Shown: positions 26,527 to 40,852, numbered from the whole stretch's first letter. The stretch: DNA of 63,682 nucleotides, filler included, from Octopus bimaculoides (GCF_001194135.2; 4 parts of 3 records of this genome joined end to end with filler, not necessarily neighbours in it); one strand, 5' to 3'. Notes: a model not told the origin generated them from the sequence alone. Translations and numbers: made by a program.

Positions 26527-27755
26527 CAGGGTGGGACAGAGCGGAGGGGCGTTTTTGAAAAATTCACAAAATTATTAATTTTAGCTGCAAACAAATTTTA
26601 TTGATATCAATTTATTTGTATTTAATTAGCATTTGTCAAAATATAGAGTGGAAAACAACATCCATCATTTGGTGTCTGTTTTCATCGATGCATTTCTGAA
26701 GGCGTTCTTGTAAGTTGGCCTCCCCACTCTCCAGCATTGCTCTGTCGATTTGGGCGACTTCCACGCAAATAGCGTCATTCCGATCGTCCAATATACGGGG
26801 CTTATGAGAACATATACGTGCCTTGAGGTTTCACCACAAAACATAATCACACATAGACAAATCGGAAGATTGAGCGGGCCAAGAAATGTGAGCAAACCTG
26901 AAAATGAGGCGGCTAACGAAGAGAGGGCAAAGAACGTCCATTGATGCTCTGGCTGTGTGAGCCATCGCCCTATCCTACTGAAACCACATACGTAGAATAG
27001 GCATATGTTTTCGTCGTAAATCAGGCTCAAAGAAGTTGTTTATCATCTCGATGTAACGCACAGACTTCACAATACAGCATTTTCATTATTGTCTTCATTT
27101 TGGGATGTACAGTGGTCTTTCATGCAGCTCTCTCGGATTTTGAAGAGCCCAACAACGATATTTCTGTTGATTCTCCCTGCCATTAAGATGAAAATCAGCT
27201 TCACCACTAATTATCAAAATGAGGTCACTCGCCTCAAAAATTGCTTCCATCTGACGTGCGAAGTTAAGCCGCTGTGAATAGTCTCATGGTTTCAACTGTT
27301 GCCGAATGACCAATTTCTACGGGTGGAAATCCAGTTCTTCATGCAAAATACGCCTTATCGATCGATTATTGATGCCAATTTCAGTGGAATGCCTCTGAGC
27401 AGAGCGATTCGGACTCCGTATCTAAAATTGTCTGACGCGTTCCACATTTTCCGGGGTCTGGACCGTTCGTGGCACCCCACCATTCTCCTGGTCATTTGTG
27501 TACCTCGTGTACGGAGTGCATTTACTCAATGTAAGATTGTGTTAAGGTTGGGAACAGCCTGGTTTCGGTGAATGTTGAACTGGCGCTAACTCGGTATTCT
27601 TCACGTAACTGTGGTAGGCAAAGACACGATGCTCTATCATTCAGAGCACCATGGATTCACCTGAAAAGAAAAAAAGTGCTAAGACACCATGGACTGAATG
27701 GTCCATGCCGGACATATGCCCCTCCCACTGGGGCTGAGTAATAGCGATTTCAAAA
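26527..27755 (-). mobile_element. Tc1/mariner-superfamily DNA transposon, DD41D (rosa/Visitor-type), pseudogenised
   Basis: TA|CAGGGTG terminus at 26525-26533. Minus-strand transposase remnants: EHRVFAYHSYVKN, TPENVERVR, ISGEADFHLNG, WFQ*DRAMAHTARASM and WPAQSSDLSMCDYVLW. I count 41 residues between the second and third catalytic Asp. The opposite TIR is degraded. Confidence 0.85.
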
Positions 27756-28262
27756 GTATCTACCCTCTTGCTCCAGCAGAATTTCATAGGATTTACATCA
27801 AGATAAAATTGCAAAATGAACAGTGTATATTTCTGAGAATTATCTATCAATTACTTTTCAATCGTACATTGAACATATCCATTATTTGTAACGTAATATT
27901 ACTTGCCGAAGTATTACTATGTTTCTGTACAATGTAGCGATACTTTGTTTCACTATTATATGTGTTTTGTAAGCAAGATGATTGTACAAAACCTTGAAGG
28001 ATCTGGGTTTTTATTCAACAGCATTAATAATTTTAAGATTATATTCCACTTCCAATAATTTTAATAAATCTTCGTGTCAGCAATATTTGACGTCCACATA
28101 CATACATCAGTCTAAGAAAAATTTTCTGTTATTCTTTGAAGCTTATATATATTTTACTTAGTAATCCGCTGTTATCATTTAATAAATGCAAATTCCTTTC
28201 AGAACATCAGACATGATAAATTTATTTTCAGTTTTATCTTCTTATTTGTATAACGTAGGTGT

Positions 28263-28320
<58 letters not shown>

Positions 28321-28364
28321 NNNNNNNNNNNNNNNNNNNNNNNNNNNNNNNNNNNNNNNNNNNN

Positions 28365-28376
28365 TTAATTAATTAA
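28365..28376. other. Artificial assembly spacer TTAATTAATTAA in a 44N+12+44N gap (also 56382-56393 and 61353-61364)
   Basis: An identical palindromic 12-mer with stops in all six frames sits at the centre of three gaps of exactly 100 bp. Confidence 0.95.
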
Positions 28377-28465
28377 NNNNNNNNNNNNNNNNNNNNNNNN
28401 NNNNNNNNNNNNNNNNNNNNATATATATTGAACTCTTCTATTTCCCTCTAGTTAACTCTCTCATA

Positions 28466-28517
28466 TAGTCTCTGATGAAGGGTTATCCCTAATATCCGAG
28501 AAACAGCTGTAAGACTA
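28466..28517 (+). ncRNA. Type I minimal hammerhead ribozyme motif (Penelope/retrozyme-like)
   Basis: TAGTCT-CTGATGA-AGGGTTATCCCTAATATCCGA-GAAAC-AGCT-GT-A-AGACTA. Stem I is TAGTCT/AGACTA, stem III is the palindrome ACAGCTGT, and the cleavage triplet GUA ends at 28511. The base of stem II is imperfect. Confidence 0.7.
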
Positions 28518-28588
28518 CCTTTCGCTTTATAAATTCCTATAAATTCCCCATAGCCTTGGTTTTGTTGTCTCATTTCATTTGAGACACA

Positions 28589-28635
<47 letters not shown>

Positions 28636-29753
28636 CATTAATAATGATAAGGCGAACAGAGATTTTTCGTATCCATAATCCACTTAACAGATATTTACGG
28701 CATTTATTTCGAAACGGTCTAGGGTCAATGATTCTGATGAAACTGCACTGACCATAATACTAGGCTGCATATCCAACATTGTATAGTTACTGCAGTTGAA
28801 ACACGTTTAGGTACGGAAAATGTGCTGTAAATAATTGTTAAAGAAATGATGAATGTCAAAAATCTCCATCCTCCTTAACATTATTAATGTTATTAATTAC
28901 TCAACGGATGATAAGCAGTCGTGAGCGGGACACAAGTAATTAACCTTCGAGAGAAGTTAGCAAGGCATAACAACTCATGGTTAGTTCGAGTACCACATAC
29001 AGACCGTTGTGGTTAGTCGGCATCTGAAACCGACTTGAGAGGAAATATGGTAACTTCCAGGATAATATATCCTTTTATGGTATATATATATATATATATA
29101 TAGATGTTTATAGATGTATATATATAAACATATTACTATCGTATTCACAAACAGCTTATTAGATGAAAGTGACAAACCAAAATGAATATATAAATAAATA
29201 CAGAAATAAATATAAGCGAAAATGAAATAAAAACATGAAAGCAGGCATTCGAAACTTCTGTTCTCCTGCATCCAATTCATCCAATGATAGTATTTATAGA
29301 TAATTCTACTAAGATCCTTATATACGCTCGAGCTTATTGGTGCATGCTAGATTGTATTTGTACGGGAATTGTCTATGGATATACATACATATATGCTTAC
29401 AAACTGAAGCACGAATACACAGAAACGCACAGACACATGTATATGCATGTATGTATGTATGTATGTATGTATGTATCATACACTTTCGCTTGGAATTTTG
29501 TGCCGTTTCTGGGCAACACACTAATCTCTTATAGTCTCAGACAGCCAGACGCCGATCATGCCGATCTGTTTTACTGCAGAATCCGCTCTTTTCCTCATGT
29601 TTTTCATATTATAGTATTGTATTCCTTGTTTTATATATCCCTATATGTACTTACTCTAAATATTCTTTCCAAAGAATATGCATGTACACACATACACACA
29701 CACAAACATGTGTATGCATATATATTCATGCATATACATATATATGCAATTAA

Positions 29754-29789
<36 letters not shown>

Positions 29790-32700
29790 CAAATTAAAGG
29801 GGTAAAGATTTATCAATTTATTAATTTATTAATAAATCAACAATTAACAATTTTTACCAAGCCCTTCGGTATGTACGCACCATTATCAGTGGAGAACTTA
29901 TTTAAAAGTTCCCATACATCTATAAACATAATTAAGGGATCAGCAAGCATTTGCTTCACCATATACCGAAGTTCAGAAATAGCAGCTAAAAAAGCTGAGA
30001 CTCCAACAGATAGCATTACTTGTAACTCACAAAGGCAACAACATGAAGAAAAATCAATGAAAACTAACCATTTAAAGTTAATCATAGACGCGTTTCTGGA
30101 TTATGAATGATAAATTTCAATTTCCGTCATATATATATATATATATATATACTTTCTTACATGTATATTTACCTGGTATATGTATATGTAAATACACATG
30201 TGTGCGCGCGTGTATTATTTCAATATTCCGTTATACTATAGTACTTCGCTTCTCAGTCTTTCATTCTTCTGTTGTGTTTATAAGTATGTTATATGTCCCA
30301 ATTTGCACAGTCATTGCACACGGGAGGCGTGAGGCAAATATCCAGATGATTTCGTCAGAGCTTAGTTTTCTATGTGATTATAGCTCAACAATAATGCAAA
30401 ATGCACCTCAAGTTTTGCGCTTAGTGATATGGCAAACAATAATTAATGAAATAACATTAAGTGTCCACACAAAGTACCAAATTTCCTGTTGAAACAGTTA
30501 AGATTAAGACGATATCGATATCCAATCCAAGAATTTAAACCTCCCAATACATACACACACTTATGTGTGTGTCAGTAAATATGCTTGATATTATATGAAA
30601 ATCTACCACTGTTCCGTATATACACCTCATATATTGGATGTCTCTATATTGCTGTTTACATGTTTAGTAGAGAAAAATGGACATAGTTTCCATATCAACT
30701 ATCAGCAGTGAAAAATGTAAACTGTTTAACATGATTATATGAACTATGCCATGATTCAAAAGAAACCCGGAGAGGTTTGGAATGAGAAATTTGTCAGAAT
30801 TTTCACGAAGATGAAGGGAAAAAGTAAACTTCAGCAGAAAACACAAAATAAATAAAATAACGAAATATAATGAAAATTACCAATTCTTTTGTATGATGAC
30901 AGTCAGTAGAAAACATTTCTATAATGTATTTAAATTTGAAGAATAGTAGATTTAATTGTGATAAAAAAATTAAAATTTGAGATATTTCTTGTATTCTGAA
31001 CAACATACGTATGTATTTCTCAACTTATCCAGTAGTTTTATTCATCATGCAGCAAATATTGTTCAGCAAAACTAGCAATTCATTGAGACAAAATATGACT
31101 ACATGAGGTAGGAAAAATGTAAACCAAATTGTAAACAACAGAAAAAATATTTATCATTTGGATTCAGCATGATTAGAAATCATTATCTTTCTACTGGGAT
31201 AATGGGAAAATGAATTTTACATGGGTGTGTGTGTGTAGTGCCAGAGTATGTTAATAGGAATGCGCGCTCCCCACGGATATACATATAAATACGTATATAT
31301 GTATATACAAATACATATGTATGTATATGCATATATGTATGTACATATAGTTCTGTATACATGTATATGTATATTTGCATACATGCATACACACACACGC
31401 TCAAGCGCGCACACACATACACAAATAAACAAACAAACAAACAAACAAATGAACGCAAACATTCGTAAACACGTATTTAAACGTACAGGCACACCTTTTG
31501 AAACAAACTTAGTTTATGATTTATTATTAAACCTGTTAACCAAAATTAGGTTTTGAGGAAGCTACTATATAATCTTTTTTATTAAATACTACTTTTCGAA
31601 TTCATATATTGCTGTTATTAAGAATCATAAATCACTCTTTTTACGTTATTTCTTAATACTTTGAAAAGCCTTACATACTGCTAAGTTTCTGGAGTTTAAA
31701 ATCAATAACGTGTTTTTTCTTCAAAATTCGAGCTAATATTTTACTTGTACAATCTGATTGGTAGATAAATGAACGAGACTCTGATATATAAGCTTTATAG
31801 CGTTGTTAACATTTTCTCAATCATATTTTAGTGAAGATGCACATGTACACATGATTGAGTTTTAATAGTTCATGTTTTTCCTTGTAAGTACCTTTGAGGA
31901 AGACATGTTTCCGGACACAAGAAACCGATACAAGTTATGTTTTCTTGATCACCATCTCCTTGACTTGAAAAAATACGCTTTTGTTTTTATCAAATGAAGC
32001 CAATATTTTTGTAATTATGTTTCATTACTTCTGACACATGGTAATTGTTTCTTCTATGTTTAATGAAATATACCGACTGTTATGAGAAAAAATATTTTCC
32101 AATGAATATGCGATAAATCGATTATATCGGTAAAGAAAACACGTAATACAATACATGTACCACCTAAAGTAACTTCACGCCCATAATTTTACTGACAGTA
32201 AATAAATTCAATCTTGCATTAGGTTTAGTATTAGGAAAATAGGAACATATTTTGTAATCAATTTTTCTGGCTGTCAAGACATTTTGAGTGGAATATATTT
32301 CTGCACATAGGAATTTACAATTAATTAGAAACTTATAATTTAGTCAGATGTGACTAAATCATATGACTCCCTTCTTGTGTGAAACGCACCCCACGGTGCA
32401 ACGTAAGTAACTAGGCATCTCTGAATTACTTATATACACTGGTATCTATATTTCAGGCGTGTTTTGAAATATTCGCAAATGCAATGATAATCTTTTGCTA
32501 AAAGATGACAACTAAATGTAGCGATATGAAACGTTTATAAATGCAATGAAATACCCCCAATCTGTTTTAGGCACGTGATATTGATAAGGCATAAAAATAG
32601 CGAGACATCGATGTCTATCCTTCCTTAATGAGAATTGGAGCGAGTTGTCTCGCCTGTCTCTGACTGTTTTAGCACCCTGTAGTTTGAGGGAGGTATCTTT

Positions 32701-34741
32701 GTCGCGCTAAGACGCAGCCTACCAGTGCAGAAGCAAGGCACATACATTTGGGCATTGAATATTTGTAGTCGAATATACATGTATATGCGCGCCTTTATGT
32801 GTGTGTGTTTGTGTGCCTGCGTGGGTGTGGGTGCCTGCATATGTGTGTCTGTGTATGCTTTGTTGTTATATGTTTGCCTATGTATATTGTAAAATATAGA
32901 GCGAACAAGAAACAATTCGAGGCATGATGTTTCTTCTATCTGTTATAGAATATTATATATCGAGAAAACCATAATCGTGTATTGTTAGTGTATCTTTAGG
33001 ATATCAGCATCTAAAATAAGTAGTTAAATATCAGTCCTAATTTACCAAATTATTTTGTCTAAATTGGAACGTGGCATACGATATAATATCCCAAATTAAG
33101 TCATTAATAGTCATTATTAAACTCTAAGAGGTTATAGATGTTAAGATCTCAAACTGTACGAGCGACGAATCTTTTTTCTTAACATGTAAAATATAACATT
33201 TGGTGAAACGGTATATACTGCAGTATATTTCCTTTTAAGGTCTAACATGGAGGCTCATCAAAGAGGAATTTAAATTTTACTACTAATACATTAATTTTAA
33301 TCATGTTCTCCTTTGGAATTTGTGCTGGTACACTAATCACATAATGTAACCATAAGATCTACAAAGAAGAGAAACCTAATAATTAAATACTGAATATTGA
33401 GTTACGATTTCCAGCATTACATCCAAAACATACTTTTGATAAGCTGCTGAGACATGAACTGATATTTATTTAATTAGTTTCTGTTAATTTATCTACTTAA
33501 TATTCCTAGAAAATGTATATTCAGAGACGTAAAAGGGAAAATAATTGGATCTCACAGTTTTAGCCCAATTTCGAAATTCTTATGTTAATTGCACATCATA
33601 ACCACAACCGATAGATACTAAGGATCGCTTAATATAAGAAAGTCTGATGAAATATATTTTAATTCTATGCCATGATTATTTTTGTACAATCGATAGTAAA
33701 TCCTATAACATTACGAAGCTACTGTTGGAATCTTTCAAAAATTAAATTACTGTATCTTATCAAGACATCCGTAACGTAAATATAGTTAAATAATTAACAT
33801 AGTTAAGGTATCGAGCAAAAATAATATTGATCCAGTGAATAATATATTAAACATTACGGTAAACATCAGAGAAAACACTAGATCTGCTTCGGTTTTACTG
33901 AAGCATCGTTTCTTTGTGGTACTTCATGATTGTCATCCCTAACTTAACTTTTCTATTTGATATTTCAATTGATAGTGAAGTCATCAATTGTCACCTTATT
34001 CTCCCGAGACTTATAAAAGAAAATTAAAAGGACTATTCTGATTCTCTATCCTCATTTCGTGTATATGCAAATCTAGCACAATTAAGAATACTCCAAATCG
34101 CTAGCAATGTTCTAGATTTGACGTTATCCAATTTTCATATATCTTTCGTCATGCTTACTCATCTTTTAATCTAACATATTGATGTCAACTGTATGACTTA
34201 ATACGCTGAAATAGCATTCCTTAACTTCTGTATTTCTAATGTTTCCATAGATGCGTCAAACAATATCATAATACATCTCTAAGCCAATCAGAATCTGTTC
34301 TTGGTTACTTGTCTATAATTTACTTTCATAATTAATTATAAAATTTACGGAAATAATTTATTTGAATAATAATATAGGACAAGCGCTGAAGCATCGATTA
34401 TGTTGCTCTGCTTAAAATTGTGAATTCTCAGTCAGTTTCAGGGATGATTATTCGGATATTTGATCAACTGAGTGAACAGGACGTTAAAGTAACGTAGAAG
34501 AGGCTGAGTATTTCTTAAGCGGGTATACTCTTAACATATCAGTCAAATCGAATCAAAATGGTACATTGTGTGACAAGTTTACAGACCTTTCAAATTACAG
34601 GACCTATTCAAACAAAATTCCACAGTTTCTGACGACAATTTCATTCGAAATATTAATATAATTCGTGAAGTGTTTCCTTGTATTTTCAAATAAAATTAAC
34701 TCTTGTAATTAATTCTAATATATTTTCAGTGCTTTTTGAAG

Positions 34742-34838
<97 letters not shown>

Positions 34839-36540
34839 TTATATAAAAAGAGAGAGAGAATTGGGAACTGAATATGAGTGCAATCGTCAATGTTGAAAAG
34901 TGTATGATTCACGATTATGTTGTGTGATTGCATTTGTAAAACTGATACAGTATGTATCCATCTACGCATGTGTAGTAACCGAAATAGTATTTCAATGAAT
35001 ATATTAATTAGCATATATTCTGGAGAGAGACGTTTTTGATCTGAACACTATTTAGTGATAAGAGAAAATATTCAAATATCTGACGTCAAACACTTGCTTG
35101 TGATACCTCTAAAGACTGTCAGATTAAATTGTTCTGATGAAAAAAAGTGATAGCGTTCGCGGAATATACAATTCCCTTATGATACATCACTTAAATTAAC
35201 TGATCAGCGATACATCTCCAGAATTGCATCAGAAAACATTCAAAATGCTTATAATTTACAATCAAGCTTTCATGAATAACTTAAAGCAAGAAATAGGAAC
35301 AACTCATCGACAAATTTCAATGCATTTAAGGAACTATGGCATTGTATATTACAGTGGCCTAAAATTATTATAGTAATGGAGATTGGCTGCATTGTTTCAA
35401 AATGTGGAAATTTTAGAAGCATTACAGTACTGATATTTAGTCCCGACTTCTTAAGTTCCTAGTTCACATTTTGCCGTGATCAAGTTTACTTTTTACTTTT
35501 TAGATTTTTTTTTTTTGCGTTTCTTCCCCTTACAAAATTTTCGATCTTTTACGTATGTTTTAAACTAATATTTATCAATGTTATAAGCAATAGTTTCGAA
35601 TTGAATGAAGCCTAGCATTACTCGTTTCAAAACTAAAGTCTGCTCTAACTTTATTGTCTTTGTTAGGAGGGTACAGAATGTGTCTGACACTTTACACCGC
35701 CCCCGAGAAAGGGAGTAATTCACCCTCATAAACGAAATCCCTGTCCCAATGCTTCCGGCGAATGCGGCGGAGCTAAATTCTAACGAAACGCAAACTATAC
35801 ATGACCAAACCGTATTCACTTCAATATTATTTACCTGGGTGTACAATATTCATTGCATTGATGTCTTCCTTAAAAAAAAAAAAAAGAAATTTGAAGGGAA
35901 TTTTTCAGTTATTTCTAACAAGGTTAAGTGACTACAGAGAGGGATTCTTGTGGTGATGGATCCATTTTATTCCAATTGTTTGTTCACAACTGTGGTTGTT
36001 TTTGAAATGAATGTAATGGTCGTTACTTCATTTTTAGGTTCATTAATTCATATATGTAAATCTTTTTTTCATTTCAACGGTTCATTAAAATATCTATTAA
36101 CAAAATAATTTTTAAATGAATTTTTACGATTGAAGCAAGAAGAAGCGTAAAAAAAAAAACATCAAATGAACTTGCAAATGTACATGATTCAAATAACGTA
36201 CAATGCTGCATAGTGATTTTTAAAATGTGAATTGCAAATATTATGATGCTCAGTTAACGAAACCCCAATTATTCATATTTAATGAAGCGGTTTCGCAGCG
36301 TGCATTGTATCATCGGTTGAAGTACCTAGCAATAATTGTTACTCATATTTTCACGCAATTGTAACAAAAGGATAGGAGGAAAGATCTCTTCTCTGCTACA
36401 GAAACAATGTCTATTAGATGCATAATATACAAGTGCAAGTAAGTTTATGGCATAAACTGAGCTGCACTTGCATAAACTAACTTGGTACGAGTTTTACTAC
36501 GAATATATTACTTTGCGAAGTAATGGTACTTTATATAATC

Positions 36541-36753
36541 CTTTCTAATATAGGCACAAAGCCTGAAATTTTGGGAGAGGGGGCCAGTCGATTAGATCGA
36601 CCCCAGTACGTAGCTGGTACCTAATTTATCAACCCCGAAAGGATGAAAGGTAAAGTTGACCTCGGCGGAATTTGAACTCAGAACGTAAAGACAGACGAAA
36701 TACCACTAAGCATGTTACTCGGCGTGCTAACGTTTCTGCCAGCTCGCCGCCTT
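36541..36753 (-). mobile_element. SINE family B copy, near full length, tail type 1
   Basis: The minus strand reads AAGGCGGCGAGCTGGCAGAAACGTTAGCACGCCG...GAGTTCAAATTCCGCCGAGG...GGGGTCGATCTAATCGACTGG...CAGGCTTTGTGCCTATATTAGAAAG. Confidence 0.9.
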
Positions 36754-36793
36754 TTGAACTTTATATAATGATGCTTTATATTGCTTTAGTCAG

Positions 36794-36836
<43 letters not shown>

Positions 36837-37093
36837 NNNNNNNNNNNNNNNNNNNNNNNNNNNNNNNNNNNNNNNNNNNNNNNNNNNNNNNNNNNNNNNN
36901 NNNNNNNNNNNNNNNNNNNNNNNNNNNNNNNNNNNNNNNNNNNNNNNNNNNNNNNNNNNNNNNNNNNNNNNNNNNNNNNNNNNNNNNNNNNNNNNNNNNN
37001 NNNNNNNNNNNNNNNNNNNNNNNNNNNNNNNNNNNNNNNNNNNNNNNNNNNNNNNNNNNNNNNNNNNNNNNNNNNNNNNNNNNNNNNNNNNNN

Positions 37094-37136
<43 letters not shown>

Positions 37137-37290
37137 ATTTGTATGTCTGTGTGTACCAGTATACGTATATCTGTAAATGTGTGTATATAAGTATGTGTGC
37201 GTGCGTGCCTGTGTGTGTGTATACGTATGTATGTGTATGCTTATATATCTATATAAATGTATACATTTCATATGTGTGTACGTAGGTATA

Positions 37291-37378
37291 TAGGCGTAGA
37301 CGAGGCTGTGTGGTTACAAGCTTTCATCTCAGCCATATGGTCCTTGGTTCAATCCCATTGCGCAGCACCATGGGCAAT
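37291..37378 (+). mobile_element. SINE family A head fragment
   Basis: GGCTGTGTGGTTACAAG...GGTTCAATCCCATTGCGCAGCACCATGGGCAA, with A- and B-box-like motifs. Confidence 0.7.
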
Positions 37379-39634
37379 ATGCTCGATCTCAAAACGTCTG
37401 TTAAAGGAAAGTAATTATATCTTGGAAGAGTTAGTTTAACTTTCAGGAATACGCGAAATACAATATAATTCTGACGAAAATTGAATTTGCTGTGAAATTA
37501 ATTTCCAAGAAGTATTCCTGTTTTCTTTGATAGTCCCAAAGAAATGCCATTAAAGCTTAATTTCTGTCTCCAACTAAGACGAAAATTTGAATTTATTCAG
37601 AAAACATAGTCTTCCTACATGAATGATATGAATTCAAGCCATTGGCTTGTATATGTATATTTATACATATAAATGTTCTTACATATGCATATATGCATAT
37701 AAACCTACTATGTCCTTTCGGATATCCTTATACATTTTGGGTGGTATGAGAAACTGATTGTTCTATTTTCAAATATAATTGCGAATTCCGAGTCCACAAT
37801 GTAAAAGTCTGTACGTGTGACAACCGATTGGAGTGAAGTAACCAGTTAAGGATTTGAATCGTTCAGCCGCTACCAATACCCATGATGAATTGTCAAAAGA
37901 GAATAAAATATTTCGTGTCTCCCTTTCCTGTACTGCCATATGTCCGAGCTCGAGAATTTGCCGTCGGGTTTTCTCTGTCTTTGTCTAATAGTTGTCCTTT
38001 AGTTTCCTGTTGATCACTACGCTACCTCAACACACGCGCTGTCATGAAACTTGTAAATGTTTCTCTCTAGAGGCCTTCGTAGAAACATCTCAACACATCT
38101 CTATTATCACCTGAAAACTGTCGTTACGTCCATCTATATAATTTTAAGTATACTCTGTAAATCCACTGTTCCCATGAGTCTTCTTAGTATCATGCTATAG
38201 TCCAAACTGCTGCCTCTAATTACCATATTATACAATCAAAATACGTAATAGAGCTTACTGTCACAAAAAATATGCAACAAACACTCTAGATTTTTCCTGT
38301 AATCTAGTTCCGAATCATTTTCTATTCAGTTCGATTTCTAAAACTAGCATCAATTTCTGGTTATTTTTTAAACTAAATATGAGATTTTCCTACGTGGATA
38401 TAACTTTCCCTTAATTGAAAACAAGTGGACATGTTAATCATCTTCTTGGTTGGCTGTAAAGTGTTAATCCTGCTTTGCAACGTTCTTTGCATTTCTCTTC
38501 AAACATTTATCTTTTAGAGAGAATAAAGAAGCTGTGTTCTTTCAATTTTATTTGCTCACAATTAATTTTAGGAGAAGATGCACTCAGCTATTTTAGTGAA
38601 TATGTTTAGTGATGTGATGATAATTGTGATGTTTCTTATGAAAATAATCGTATTATTTTGGTTCAGAAAAGCCCCTTAATTATTCTTATTACCATTCACT
38701 TTTATGTATAAGTCTAAGAGTAATGTAGTATGAAATAAAACGTATTCTTAATAATATAATGAACATTATGTATACTGTAAAATGTAATACCTTTAAATAT
38801 ATCCTTAGTTCTTAACAAAACTGATAAATACTTACAGGTGGTTGTTTGATGCCTTGGAAATCAATAAATTTTTTATTGACTCAGTTTTAAGCGTAATAGG
38901 AATATAATTTTCACATATGAAACAAAAGAGATAGTAACATATATTCTATAATTAGCGTATATTTTATACAATTGTCATTTTACTCTGATATGAGAAATTT
39001 ACGAGGCTTTCATGGATGCGCTTGCTTAATACTGCAACCGACGCTTTGACAATATGGTGTATAACTCACTCACAAAAGGCCCTGTCTTTACAACGGAAGC
39101 TAAATGACGAAATAAGACAAATAGCTTTTCTTCAGCGCAAGAAATGGTGAAAATGAATATTGAATGAAAATACGGACGCCTGCACATAACTCTACATTAC
39201 TTTTGCTACAATTACATTATCATGAGAGCAGAAGAATGGGAGATGTTATAGTATGTCGTTTCTGGAAGTAGATTTCTTCCAGACAGAAATCTGATTTGCT
39301 TTTGCAAAAATCAATAAACTAAGAAAACAGAGTTTTGTGCAAATCCTCCTCAGACTTTTGTGACAATGTCAATAAACAATACTATCAGTGAAGAAAGATA
39401 GAATTGCGCTGTAAATCCACTTCGCACTGATCACTAGGCCTACATAACTCTCTGATCTTTTATCATTTCAGAGTTGATATGTATTAAAATACTCTCTGAT
39501 ATTCAGCATAAATTAATATATGTATGTGGGGCTGTTTTTTCCTAATCAGACATATGAATCATACAATAACCACGCATATCAAGAAATTTTGCCCCATTCC
39601 ACTTTTCTACACTTGAAGAAAATACAGCTAGAAT

Positions 39635-40170
39635 CTTACCATAAGGGCCGTTATGTCCGTCTGTCTGCTCACTCTTGACGGTCAAACGGCTGGACCAATA
39701 TTCACGATATTTTTCGGGATTGCGAAGAAGGTAATCAGGAAGGATTTTAGCGAAGATGTCAAAAAGTATGATTATTTAGTGGATATTCAATTTTTGTATT
39801 AATAAATCGCCATTGATTTTTTTTTTTTTTGTCAAAATTCCGGGACGAGGATTGACTCTGGATTTCCTCCCCGTATAGTCCGTGAATTTAGGGGGTTTAT
39901 ATTTGCGATAGTATTCCTTTATTTCCCATCGTAGATGGGCAGATTTGCTATCTCACTATAATGGGCGTTATGTCCGACGGTCCTGTCTTTGTCTGTTCTA
40001 TCTTCACGGCCAGACGTCTGGACCAATGGTTACGATATTTTTCAGGATTACAAAGACGGTCGTCAGGAAGGGTTTTAGCATTAAGAAATCAGAACGTATG
40101 ATTATTTCGTGGATATCGATTTTGAATTAATAAACCACTTTCGCATTTTTATAAAAAATTCACCGGCCAG
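39635..40170 (+). repeat. Diverged tandem duplicate (about 320-bp period) resembling non-autonomous Helitron/DINE-like 5' ends
   Basis: Both units have GTTATGTCCG, a (GTCT)n-like stretch, CGG..A.ACG.CTGGACCAAT..T.ACGATATTTT, CAGGAAGG.TTTTAGC and GTATGATTATTT.GTGGATAT. Confidence 0.5.
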
Positions 40171-40852
40171 AAGTAACTTTGGATTTTCATCGTACAGTTC
40201 GTGGCCCCATAGTAGATACGAAGAGTGTTGCGAGGACGGTTAGTATCGAAATAAGATGGAAAAAGTGTGTGTCTGTATATAACGTGTGTGATCATTTAGT
40301 GATTATTGAAGTGAGTCAGTCTCGAGCAGAATTTGAAGCGGCTAATCGAAGCGGCTGCTGTTTACATCTCAGTTTTGTCAATCAAAATACTCTATGGTAC
40401 CAGAACAGCCAGATATTATTCGTATAGAACGGTGAGAGGTATGTCTTAGTTTGATTTTTTGCACCCCTACAAATTCCGCTAACACATTCACAGCAAACAA
40501 GGCACAGGGTCAGACTTTTTAACAACTCTGATGTTTACACACAGTTATACGTCGCTATGAGTAGAACAAAGGGCTCTAGTAACTTGAAAATTAGTGTCGA
40601 CCAAACAGAAAATATCTTCTACAATGATGTTTTGTAATCATATTGTTACTATCGAAAGGAATATGATTCATAATTTAAATAAGGATACTTGTGAACTTTG
40701 AAAGTATAAGATTATAAACAAGCGTAGAATAGTGTAAACAACTAAAATAAAAGTATATCTAAATAACATTTTTTTCTTAATACTTTTCACCAATTGGATT
40801 GGTAAGACGTCAAATGATTAATGCATCCATATCTCTGGCTGTGAGATATATT

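Noticed and set aside
28365-28376. Palindrome TTAATTAATTAA recurring three times
   Set aside because: It is always centred in a 44N+12+44N gap, so it is an assembly linker with six-frame stops rather than biology.
34630-34662. CTGACGA...GAAA with palindrome ATATTAATAT
   Set aside because: No stem I or stem II can form, so these are chance hammerhead boxes.
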